A stretch of 63,900 bases of DNA, filler included, from Octopus bimaculoides (GCF_001194135.2; 5 parts of 5 records of this genome joined end to end with filler, not necessarily neighbours in it), one strand, 5' to 3'; shown: positions 40,501-52,247, numbered from the whole stretch's first letter. Program-made: numbers and translations. The notes: a model not told the origin generated them from the sequence alone.

Positions 40501-41391
40501 TAAAGTTAAAGTATATAACACATGCGTCCTCCCATCTTTGCTATATGGAAGTGAGGCATGGGTTGTTTACCGTAGGCAGGTAAGGCAATTGGAATGATTT
40601 CATCAATACTGTCAGAGAAAAATTTGGGGGTTAAACTGGAAAATGGCCATTAGTAATGAGGAAGTGCTTGAGAAGAGTAGCAGTAGAAGTATAGAGTCAA
40701 TGATTTTTCAAAGACGTTTCAGGTGGGGGGGGGGACATTTGGTAAAGATGAGTGATGAGCAACTGCCCAAGCAGCTATTGTATGGTGAGCTGGAAGATGG
40801 CAGGAGACCAGCACATAAGCCTAAATTAAGGTATAAGGATTACCTTAAAAATGCTCTAATACAGACAGGAATTGCAGCTGGTAATTGGGAGAGGGAAGCA
40901 CAAGACTGTGATGGATGGAGGAAGATAGTGTATGATGGTTGTTCAAGGTTTGAGAGGGAGAGAGTGAAGTATGAGAGAATTAAGAGGGGGCTTAGAAGGG
41001 GGAACCTGTGGAAAATGAGAGTGTTGCTTTTTATGTGTGTAGTTTGTGGGCAAAGGTGTTTGAGTCGTACAGGTCTGGTGAGCCATCAAAATTCTCATAG
41101 AAATCGACCCATGATAAACAATGATGTGGCTATTAAAATTCATAACAGAACATGTGTAAAATGTGGAAGGGTGTGCCTCTCAGTTGGAGGTCTAAAAAGA
41201 CATCTTAAGAGAGTGCATATGGTGGTATCTGTTTCTCCTGCCAGCAGCACAGTTGTCTAGTATGTAATAAAATATGTAAAAGCTTGGCCAGGCTTAAAAG
41301 TCATATAAGGGCATCACATGGCAACAATCATGAATCATTTCAGTAAGACTTCTTGGCAATGGCTTTTCTCATGTAACGAGGATGCAGCTGT

Positions 41392-41395
<4 letters not shown>
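37510..41395 (+). mobile_element. Near full-length RTE/BovB-like LINE (APE + RT + two C2H2 fingers), decayed
   Basis: APE from ATG 38008 (NVRTLLD, ETR, SAYAPTM, DFNARIG, IDY, TDH); RT motifs KAPGMDG, NYRAICLL, ESQCGFR, KAFD, GVKQG, YADD at 40166; many stops and frameshifts. Confidence 0.95.
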
Positions 41396-41443
<48 letters not shown>

Positions 41444-41519
41444 AATAATACATACACAATACAAGTATGCATCAATACATCCAGGTACATATACACATAC
41501 ATGTGTGGGTATATGTATA

Positions 41520-43505
41520 GTCAATCAGGTGATGCATTAGATACAAATAATTACAGAGGTATCAAGTTGTTGAATCAGGTAATGAAAGTCACGGAGAAGG
41601 TTATAGCCCAACTAATTAGGGAGAAAGTCAGTCTAGATGAGATTCAGTTTGGGTTTGTGCCAGGGAAAAGCACCACTGAAGCTATATTTATGGTAAGACA
41701 GTTGCAGGAGAAATACCTAACCAAAGATAAACCTCTGTACTTACCTTTCATTGACATGTAGAAGGCCTTTCACAGAGTTCCCCAATCCCTTATCTGGTGG
41801 TCAATGAGAAAACTAGGGATAGATGAATGGTTAGTGAGAGCTGTACAAGCCACGTACAGGGATGCTGTCAGTAAGATGAGGGTTGGCAATGAGTACAGTG
41901 AAGAATTCCAGGTAGGGGTCCACCAAGGATCAGTCCTCAGCTGCCTCTTATTCATCATAGTCCTCCAGGCAATAACAGAAGATTTCAAGACAGAATACCC
42001 TTGGGAGCTTCTCTATGCTGATGACCTTGCTCTAATAGCTGAGTCACTATCAGAACAAGATAAGTGTCAGGTGAGGAAGTAAGGATTAGAATCAAAGGGC
42101 TTTAGAGTCAACCTAGCAAAAACCAAAGTCTTAATAAGTAGGAAGGCTGACAAATCACAAATCCCTTCAGGTAGATGGCCCTGCTCGATCTGTAGAAAAG
42201 GTGTAGGTAGAAACTCCATAAGCTGTATCCAGTGTAAGCTATGGACACATAAGAGGTGCAGCAATATCAAAGGAAGGCTAACTATGAAGATAGTTTTTGT
42301 GTGTGGCAAATGCTCAGGAGCAATAAACACTGAAAATGTGTAGAGAACAGTTTCCATCACATTCCAGGGGGAAAACTATAAGTAGTTGACAGCTTCCGTT
42401 ACCTAGGTGACGAAGTCACTAGCGGGAGTGGGTGCACTGGAAGTGTAGCTGCTAGAACAAAAATAACCTGGGCAAAGTTCAGAGAGCTCTTACCTCTGCT
42501 GGTGACAAAGAGCCTCTCGCTCAGAGTAAAAGTCAGACTGTATGACGCATGTGTGCAANNNNNNNNNNGCTCAGAGTAAAAGTCAGACTGTATGACGCAT
42601 GTGTGCAAACAGCCATGCTACATGGCAGTGAAACATGGGCTGTGACTGCTGAGGACATATGTAAGCTTACAAGGAGTGAGGCCAGTATGCAATGCTGGAT
42701 GTGTAATGTCAGTGTGTATACACGACAGAGTGTAAGCACACTGAGATAAAAGTTGGACATAAGAAGCATCAGATGTCGAGTGCAAGAGAGACAACTGCAC
42801 TGGTACAGTCATATGTTGTGAATCGATAAGGACAGCTGTGTGAAAAAGTGTCACACCCTAGCAGTTGAGGGAACCTGTGGAAGAGGTAGACCCAGGAAGA
42901 CCTGGGATGAGGTGGTGAATATTGGGCCTCTCTGAAGCAATGACAAGTGACCGAGACTTTTGACGATATGCTGTGCTTGAGAAGATCTGGCAAGCCAAGT
43001 GAGACCGTAACAGTGGCCTATGCCAGTGCTGCATAACCAGCCCATTTAAGAGTACCCTTCAAACATTGGCAATAATCTTCGCTTGCAAAGACCTGTTGAG
43101 GCAAGTGAAATCATTGTCATAGCCGATGATGGTACCACCTGACTGGAATGTTAAAAGCACCATTCGAGCATGATTGTTGTCAGTGCTGCCTGACTGGCTC
43201 CTGTGCCGGTGGCATGTAAATAGCACAATTTGAGCGTGGTCATTGCCAGCATCGCCTGACTGGCTCCTGTGCAGGTGGCACGTAAAAAGCACCATGTCAG
43301 CGTGGTCGATGCCAGTACCACCTGACTGGCCTTCGTGCTAGTTGCATGTTAAAGCACCCACTACACTCTCAGAGTGGTTGGCGTTAGGAAGGGCATCCAG
43401 CTGTAGAAACTTTGCCAGATCAGATTGGAACCTGGTGCAGCCTTCCGGCTCACCAGCCCTCAGTCAAACCATCCAACCCATGCTAGCATGGAAATCAGAC
43501 GTTAA
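41520..43505 (+). mobile_element. 5'-truncated RTE LINE (second family) with a PHD-like insertion and 66-bp 3'UTR repeats
   Basis: NYRGIKLL, QFGFVPGKSTTEAIF, GVHQGSVLS, LLYADD; C4HC3 cluster at 42182-42313; repeat starts at 43189, 43255, 43321. Confidence 0.95.
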
Positions 43506-43557
<52 letters not shown>

Positions 43558-43695
43558 TCACATATNNNNNNNNNNNNNNNNNNNNNNNNNNNNNNNNNNN
43601 NNNNNNNNNNNNNNNNNNNNNNNNNNNNNNNNNNAATTCATTTCATCAATATGTTTCTCAACATCAGAATACTTCATAAAAATATATGTAAATAT

Positions 43696-44046
43696 AAATA
43701 AGCAACAAGGACATCCAGAGGTAATGCAGTACGATCATTTCAAGCAACTCCATTTAATTGAACAATGCAATCATTACATCAATTTAAATGCAGAGCAATC
43801 CTCAGCTGCATAAAGACATAGAATTTGATTAAATCAAAACAGATGGACATATTAGTATAATTTTACCTAATATCTCCTTACCTTCTTGGAGATTTTAGGT
43901 AAAATTATACTAATGTGTCCATCTGTTTTAATTTAATTAAATTCTATGTCTTTATGCAGCTGAGAATTGCTCTGCATTTAAGTTGATGTAATGATTGCAT
44001 TAAACGATCGTACTGCATTACCTCTGGATATCCTTGTTGCTTATTT
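43696..44046. repeat. Long near-perfect palindrome (foldback)
   Basis: Arms 43696-43877 and 43888-44046, 10-nt loop, 8 substitutions and one 23-nt indel counted by eye. Confidence 0.95.
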
Positions 44047-45032
44047 TGATTTTAATCACCTTATTTTGAAATTGTATGGATAATACCGTACTAAATTCCG
44101 GTGCCTTAACTTATGTACCATATTCATCTGAATGTAAATATAAATATGTAGATACAATATAAAATATAAAGCATAAATATACTTGCATGGCATCATATGA
44201 AATTGTATATCCGTGTTTGGAATCAATGAGAAAATTATTATACATGCAAGATCAATATTGTATTAATTGAAATTATCAAATGAATGAAAGGGTGGTTTAA
44301 AATGATTTCAAGAGGAATCCCTAGATAAATCTAGTGAAAGTTCAAATACTGATGGCCGTTTCAAGGACATGTGGCATGAAATGGGTGAAACATTTCCGTC
44401 TATCTCAGTTATCCACATTTCTTTCTGCAAAGATGACTTAAGAGGATTTAAAAGAATTTAAAAAAAATTTTTTAATGTATTAAAAAATTTTTTTTAATTT
44501 TAGAAAGTTGAAGTTTGGAGCAAAAGTAAGCATGTACTTTCAGGAGCATGAAATGAAATAAATACTGAATTTTAGTGCTTAAATAGACTGCAAAACACTT
44601 TAAAACGAGTTCAAAATATAATAAGGGTTGAAGGTTAAAATTATATACAATCTGACCATTTATGGCGAGAAAAATTTGAAAGTTGAGAAATATTTTTGTC
44701 TACAGAAAACCAAAACATCAATTGATTCTTTTGTGCACAATTTGAACATTCTTGTATTTGTGTTGTATGGAGTAGTTTCAGTGATAACCAATTAAGTCTA
44801 TATTCATTGTGTCACATTTTTAGGTTATCAATATTAATGGCAAGTGCATTTGAATTGTTTATGTCCTGATTTATAAATGAATTGGTATGTCCCCTATATC
44901 TGGTTTTGAAATCTATTGTGTTCCCTATATATATATTTTAGTCTTTATATTTCATTAGCGCTAATTTGTTGTTCTGCACATGGAGTTATTCTCCTTTCTA
45001 TCTGATTATAAATATGTGTGTGTGTGTGTGTG

Positions 45033-45180
45033 TGTTAAATAATTGATAGGGAAGACAGAGTGTACTGTAATCTTTATTTAACATGACAACCATTTCAGCT
45101 TACATCTGCACTGCTCCCTTGTGGGTGGGGAACGAGATAATGGAATCACAGCAGAAGAAACCTCATCAGGTTACATAATA
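45033..45180 (-). mobile_element. PLE-like pseudo-LTR fragment with a degenerate hammerhead motif
   Basis: Minus strand CTGATGA(45169-45163)-stem II-GAAA-T-GGTT-GTC followed by AATAAA. Confidence 0.55.
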
Positions 45181-45230
45181 CGGTTAGAGCATGCGTGGGC
45201 TAAGATTATGCGCCCTTCATTATCAGTTAA

Positions 45231-45403
45231 AGTTTAGACAGTGTCACGTGACAACTTGCTGGGGCTGCTTGCTGGAGCCTAGCAGCAGGAAGTTTAGACA
45301 GTATCATGTGACAACTTGCTGGGGCTGCCTACTGGACCCCAGCAGTGGGAAATTTAGACAGTGTCACGTGACAACTTGCTGGAGCCTAGCAGCAGGTATA
45401 AAA
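45231..45403 (+). promoter_or_regulatory. LTR-U3-like promoter: three 60-bp repeats with GTCACGTGAC E-boxes, followed by TATAAAA
   Basis: Units at 45231, 45291, 45351; palindromic E-box at 45243 and 45363; TATA at 45397. Confidence 0.6.
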
Positions 45404-46007
45404 AGGGGAATTTGACAAGACAGTCAGTCGGACGCTGACACTCGTTGATGCTGTATTGAAGAGGCCAGGGAATAGAAGAAAGAAGACATGCACCCAACAC
45501 CAGAGCTGAAGACACCTCCGAAAGGGNNNNNNNNNNNCGCCACGTCAAAACGGCAGAGGAGTAGGGGGCCGAAACTGGATGTGGTTCCTCCTGATGATGT
45601 CTTGAGCTAACTGGATCCTATAAAGGAGCTGTTGTGGTAGCAGACCACGAAACATGGTTGAAATTCCTGTACATTTCATTACTGTGTGTGGCAGAATGGT
45701 GTTGGTATGATGCATGCATTTAAAGTAGTTCACAGATCCATTAATGAGGCAAGATGTTTGGTATGTATTCAGGGAGTGGTACGTAAAGAATGTAAAGAGT
45801 CAAATACAAAGAACTGACAGGAAGGTCAGAATGGCTTTTGAATGAAAAACACTTTAAATGTTATGGAGTTCTTTGATGGTTGGTCATGTGTATCGTTCAT
45901 GGCAACATGGGTAAACATACACACATACACACTCATATATATATATATACATTTATATACATACACACACATACACAGAGGCATACATATACACATAGAC
46001 ATATATC

Positions 46008-46285
46008 ATCATCATCGTTTAACATCTGCTTTCCATGCTGGCATGGGTTGGATGGTTTAACTGGGAACTGGCAAACCAGAAGGCTACACCAGTCTCCAAT
46101 CTGATCTGGCAAAGTTTCTACAGTTGGATGCCCTTCCTAATGCCAACCACTCCAACAGTGTAGTGGGTGCTTTTTACGTCCCACCAGTACAGGAGCCAGT
46201 CAGGTGATACTGGCAACGACCATGCTCAAATGGTGCTTTTTACGTGCCGCCAGCATGGGAGCCAATCAGGCAGCACTGGCAATGA
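46008..46285 (-). mobile_element. RTE 3' tail copy
   Basis: Reverse complement of 43200-43505. Confidence 0.85.
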
Positions 46286-46296
46286 CATATATATAT

Positions 46297-46716
46297 TGTG
46301 AAGTATATTTGCCACCTAAATGTAGCGGACCCAAAGAGGACGATGCTACTGTTTTTTATAGCCCCAGAAAGACATCTCCTCTAGCTGGCTAACGACACAC
46401 TGTCTGATTAGTATTTGCCTTACGTGATAAACACAGATTTCCCTTTAAAAATACTAATGAGACACAGTGTGTTGTTAGCCAACTGGAGGAGATGTCTTCC
46501 TGGGGCTATAAACAACAGCAGCAGCATCCCCTATGGGTTTGCCACATTTAGGTGGCAAATACACTTCACGATTCCATGCTGCTACTGTTTACTTCTCGCT
46601 CAGTGATTTATTAATGCTTATTTCTCTTTTTTGAGATCACTGACAGTTTGTCACTGGGAAAAGCATATAGTATTTTGCATTTGGAATGAGTTCTCATTGC
46701 TAGCTGGTGATTATCA
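46297..46716. mobile_element. PLE-like pseudo-LTR, left part: inverted copy (46297-46438) plus direct copy (46436-46716)
   Basis: 46436-46615 matches 53900-54085; 46297-46418 is its reverse complement; tandem plus inverted pLTR layout is typical of PLEs. Confidence 0.75.
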
Positions 46717-46950
46717 CTCTTCTGCGTTTTTTCTGCTGCTTGTTTAGTGAGTTGAACGGTTTTTTCATTGTTAATTTTATGTTTATGTTATATTGTTATA
46801 TTCGCTGAGATTTGAACTGTGAACGCTGTTTTTGCTGTGTTTTCGGTCTGTTGTAAGGAGAAAAAAATTATTTTTTGTGAACTGCTTTTGTTTTCCCGTT
46901 AAGAGAAAATCAATTTTTGTGAAAAATTGTTTCAAGGCCATTTTTGTAAA

Positions 46951-48765
46951 ATGGAGGACGACATGGTAGCGAGATTAAACTTTCTTCTTTGCGATGTGGA
47001 TTTCCCACTTTTACAGGAAGATAGCAAACAGGTCAACCAGGAAGAAATGAAGGTAAATAGTTTCTTGGCCACCGTTGGCAGACAATTTTGTGAAATAGAA
47101 ATTTCAAAAGAACAGTTGTTCAAATATGGGAACATGGTTAAAAAAACTGGTAGTGAGACCAAACTGATACCTCCAAAGGAAGTAATACATTTGGCGGAGA
47201 AAACTGTTGTGTATAAAATTTACAACAGGAAGGAAAGACGAATAATGGCTATGGAAACTGATATGGTTGAAAAGTGCCTCACCTCCTTTTGGGGAAAAAT
47301 AAAATGTTAGAAGAGGTCCACGAAATGCAACTGTAGAGGCACAGTTTGAAAGTGCAAATGTCACCAAGGAAATTTTGGCACAAACACTGAAGACAGAGGA
47401 AATAATGCTACTACCAACGTACCTAGGCTAGAGAACCACTAAGGATCTTTTTGATTTGGCGGACACCATTTGTTTTCTAACGAAACACTTTCAAACTTGG
47501 GATACTGGTAGAATGTGTCATATAAAACATTTTTTTTCTTAGTGTTGTTGAGAAAAGTTTCTATATTGCAAGTTATTTCATGCTAAAAGTTGTCGTATTT
47601 CGGTAATTTCAACCAATCACTGACGTCTATTGAGGTGAAAACAATTACTGCTGTGGTTCGTCAACAACACGTTCTGGCGGTGTAATGGGATCTTTTCCCT
47701 TGAATAAAATTACTGTCATTGTTTGTCAACAACAACTATCAGCGGTACTGTTATTTATGACATTGTTCATGCATTTGTACTGGTTATAGCTTTAGGGATT
47801 TAGGGTTAGGGTTCGGGTTTTAGAGTTAGAGTTAGAGTTAGGGTTAGAGTTAGAGTTAGGGCTGGTGCTTAATTCAAAAGGATTGCCAGAGACTAATGAT
47901 ATATACACTGTCACTTGAAAGATCCACCACTAAAATTGTAATAGAGGAAATTCCGGCTGGGTACGCCGTTAACTGGATGGCAGCAGCATTAATATATGAC
48001 GCAGAAGAGGAAATGAATATTCTTAGCATGAAGAAGAGAGAGGCATTAAACTGGAAAGGGCAGACCCTTGAATTATTGGTACAAACCTCAAATGAGACAT
48101 TAGAAACTAGACCTGATAGATTATTCATAGGGAAGGGACTTAGTGCAAGAGTGTCGGTAGAGAGACGTCAACCCAGATGCTTTAAATGTGGAGCAAAGGG
48201 TCACGTCCGCTCTGAATGCGAAAAAATTAAGAAACCGGCACAAAAGAGAACAGAGGTCCCTCCCCAACAAGAAAAAGACCAACCCCAAAAAAACAACCAG
48301 TAAAACCAGAGAAAACACAAGATAAAGGAAATACGTAAACAGAAGATATGGAATTCACGGTGGTGTCCCATAAAAGGAAAAAATCCCTCACCCCAGACTC
48401 CCCTCCCCTGACAAGAAAAAGAAAAGAACACACAAAAAACAAAAACCCCATCCACTTCCAAATCGAAACCTACCCCCAACCCTCCTCTAAAACACGCACA
48501 GGGAGAAAGAATAGTATCATATAATACAAAAAAATAAAGTTTTGCATGATTTAATAACAAGGAAAAATTACAAAACATGGGGGCCTATAGAAGGCAAACT
48601 GCCACACTTGTGGCTGGTGAAACTGGACATGGACCACTACGAACAATTTAAAAACAGATACTCGGAGGACATATTCGATATAAGCCAATATGTTGTGAAA
48701 GAGAAAATCATATTGGCACCAGTGGCTACAACCAGAAAAGGAAAAAATGGAAGGAGGGGACGATG
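46951..48765 (+). pseudogene. Tx1 ORF1 (gag-like, CCHC zinc knuckle)
   Basis: CFKCGAKGHVRSEC; the frame LPTYLG*RTTKIVIEEIPAG is restored when the MITE and one TSD copy are removed. Confidence 0.85.
47443..47925. mobile_element. 483-bp MITE with 8-bp TIR, 8-bp TSD and an internal TTAGGG/TTAGAG array
   Basis: GGATCTTT...AAAGATCC flanked by ACCACTAA (47435-42, 47926-33); telomere-like array at about 47790-47862. Confidence 0.9.
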
Positions 48766-48819
48766 AATGTCGTGCAGCCCCTCCTAAAGTGTAAAAGGTA
48801 AGCTTATTAACTTTTTACC

Positions 48820-51800
48820 ATGGCAATTAAGTTAGGATGTGTAAATATGTGTGGCCTGGGGTCGAAATGGAAGCAAACATGCCTCCTAGACGACCTCAGG
48901 TCAAGAGAGTTGGATATATGTGTTGTGACTGAGTCCAAGTTGAGTGGCGCACAGGCGTTCTCACCTCTTCTGAACGACTACGAGAAATTTATTTCTCCGA
49001 GTCAAGGAAAGGGTGGGGGCGTAGTGGTGCTGTTCAAAAAAAGCTTGGACGTACAGGTAAGTACAGTTTTTCTAGACCCAGAAGGTAGGCTGGTCGTTCT
49101 AGATGTGACACACATAAGTAAGCAGTCCTTCAGGTTGGTGGTAGTCTATGCTCCAAAAGAGGATAGACAAACGTTTTTTTTTGGGGGGGACTTGGAAAAT
49201 TTTCTAGTAACATTGAAAACTTTAGTTTTAACAGGAGACCTCAACACACAAGTGGATAGTGTCAGCTCGAACAATAGGAAGGGAAGTCCTGGTCTAAAAA
49301 GGCTACTAGCAAGCAGCCTACTAGTACACCGGTACAGACTGGATGAACCGCTCGTTCCACAGTGGACGTGGTCCAATAACGACAGTTCACTCAGGTCTTA
49401 CTTAGATAGGGTTATCATAAAAGATAGTGATAGAGATACAGTTAGTTGTCCACATTTTTATTGTACCTCCTACACGGATCACAAATTTGTGACGTGTGAG
49501 GTACATCTAGTTAAGTGTCATAGACCAAGGTACTGGAAGATGAACAAGTCTGTTTTGACTAGTAAAGTCTTCTGTACCCAGGTTAAGGAGTTAGTTCAGA
49601 GGGCATTATGCGGAGCCATCGTAAATAATAGATGGTGGTGCACCCTCAAGCAAGCCATTTGTCCAGAGTCTCTTAGATTTAGTAAAGAGCTACGTTTAGA
49701 GCAGACTAGAATAGAAGGGCAATTAATTAAAGAATTAGAGGAGGCCATGGCATGAGGCTCTGCATCCAGAGTATTGGTGGTGAGAACGGTGTTACACTGT
49801 CACCTCAAAGCCAAACATGAAGGGTGTAGAGTCAGGGCTAAGCTACGCACAGTGGGTAGAGAAGGTATTAACGTTGCCAGATGGGCCTGTCGTGTGGAGA
49901 GTCAGAGAAGCCTCTGTACAGTCTTTAATTGACGAACAGGGGCGTAAGATCGAAGGAAGGAGGAGATGCAGAAGGCCTTTCACCAGGATTTCACCCAATT
50001 GTTTGAGATGAGCGAGGCATTGAACCATGGAGAGCCCTTAAGGGAATTCTTGGCCAACGGGCCGCGACTCTCAGCGCGGGAAGCAAAGTGTTGTGAAGGG
50101 CTGATCACAGCTGCGGAGGTCAAAGAGGTGCTGGCCAAATGTGCTCGGGACAAGTCACTGGGGCTGGATGGTCTACCCTACGAGTTCTATAGTAGTATGC
50201 TGGACTTGTTAGGACACTTGCTGCCTTGCGTGTACACAAACTGGCAACAGAATGGGAGAATTCTAAGCTCTGTGAGTCGGGGAGTGGTAACACTGGTCAG
50301 AAAAGACCTGAGCAAGGGGGATCATATTAGTAGCTTCAGGCCCATAACTCTACTAAATGTAGAGTTAAAGATTCTGGCCAAGGTATTAGAAAAAAGGTTG
50401 ACGGATGTTGAGGAGAAACTTGTCGGAAAGGCGCAAACTTGTGCCATCCCTGGCAGGTCAATCTTCACCTCTTATGTTACACCTTAGACAGGGTGGGTAA
50501 AGTATCCAGTAAAGGTGGGGCACTCATCCATTTAGACCAAAGCAAAGCTTTTGATAGGGTTGACCATCAGCACCTGGCGGCAGTCCTTGACGCGGCTGAG
50601 CTGGGCCCAGATTTCCGCGGTTGGATCAAGGCCATTTATGGTGGCATCAAATCCACAGTTCAGTTGAACGGTTACCTGTTGGAACCGTTCGAGATCAAAC
50701 GTTCAGTTCATCAAGAGTGCCCTCTGTTTCCACTTATGTATGTACTGACTCTTGAGCCATGGCTGCGGAAGTTGGAGAATTTGGGAAGCACCACTAATGA
50801 AATCGGATGTGGTAAGAGTGTCTCTGCGTATGCGGATGATGTCACCATCACCATATCCAAGATGACTCAGCTGCCTCGTGTAGCAGAGGCAATCAGAAGA
50901 TACGAGGCAGTGGCAGGGGCAAAAGTTAACAAGGACAGGTCTGTCGGTTTGCGGCTCGGCACCTGGAGCAGCAAGCCGATAACGTCCAGTATCGTAGGGC
51001 ACTGGACGGATGGTCCTGTTAAGTTGCTCGGAGCTTGGTTTGGTCCGGACTCCCAGATGCAGAAGAATTGGAGTGAGGTGACGGACAGGGTAGAAGCGCT
51101 AACCTGGACCTGGTCCGGAAGGGCAGAGGTGGTGCAGATGTTTATTGCGTCTGTTATCACCTACCATCTGACTGTCGTCCCTTGCCCCGATTCGTGGCTA
51201 TGCAAGCTGGTGCGAATTCTCTTCCACTTTTTGTGGAGGGGAACACCGCTTGTGAGGTGCTCCATGTGCTGTCAAGAACCACTAAAGGGTGGCTTAGGGA
51301 TGCCATGGTTAATGATGTGCAAACATGCACTGAGACTAATGTATCTCAGGCTTTACCTGGATGGTGGTCAGGTGTGGAATTTGCTCTTTCCACGACCAGC
51401 CTCCATGGAGGAATTTAAACCCGGTTTGATTAAAAGACAAAAAAATGACTGAATGGCAAAAAGAATGCCGGCAGGCACTTGCGCTAATCAACAAGGTAAA
51501 GCCGGCAGCAGGAATACCACCTCTGCATTTTATAAATGGTTGGTAGAGTACAAAAGTGACGAAAGTGACGACATTCAAGGAGAAACTCTGGGTCTGGATG
51601 AGAACCAGCTATCCAAAATATTTCAGAACACTTTCAGGGTAGGGTATTTGGATAACTACCAAAGATCCCTGACCTTGGAGTGTTTTAGGAATGCATTACC
51701 TGTTCACAAGAAATTGTCCAGGCACGGATTCTCAGTGCCACCCAAATGTCCAAGGTGCGGGCAGGATAAGGAAACTATCCTGCATGCTCTTGTACAGTGT

Positions 51801-52144
51801 GCTCAACTTTTGGAGTTGACAATTTATGTAGAACACGTGCTGTCACACCTAGGAAGAGTACAGCTATCAGCTGAGTCTGTGATTAAGAGTGTACCGCCCA
51901 CCGGACTATCCAAGGAAGGTGAGGCTTTTTTTATATGTACAGTCGCAGTAATGAAAGAGTGTGCATGGAGAACAAGAATGCAAGGGATCAAGACAGGAGT
52001 CTTCATCTCCGGTACTGGAATGCTACAACATTTCAGGTATCACCTGAAAAGCAAGGTAGAGCTGGAGAGGAGGCACTTGTCGAGAAGCGTGTATGATAAA
52101 AGATGAAAGGATGTGGCAAGGAAGTTGGGAATGAATGTCCCTTA
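48820..52144 (+). pseudogene. Tx1 ORF2 (APE endonuclease, RT, C-terminal zinc-binding domain)
   Basis: NMCGL, TESK, VYAP, GDLN, YLDR, TDH; LGLDGLPYEFY, FRPITLLN, KAFDRVDH, YADD at 50829; CPRCGQDKETILHALVQC; several stops and frameshifts. Confidence 0.95.
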
Positions 52145-52247
52145 ATCTTTTCCATGGTAAAAGCAGGGTGTAGTTGCTGGTCAAAGCCAAAAAGAAGGGG
52201 AAAAAAAGGAATAATTTGAAATTTTTAATTTTAAGAAAAAACATATA

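Noticed and set aside
42520-42610. Apparent 40-bp direct repeat in the RTE around a 10-N gap
   Set aside because: Unmerged contig overlap on either side of the gap
47790-47862. True telomere or chromosome-fusion scar (also 55270-55381)
   Set aside because: The arrays are short, degenerate and internal to bounded DNA transposons
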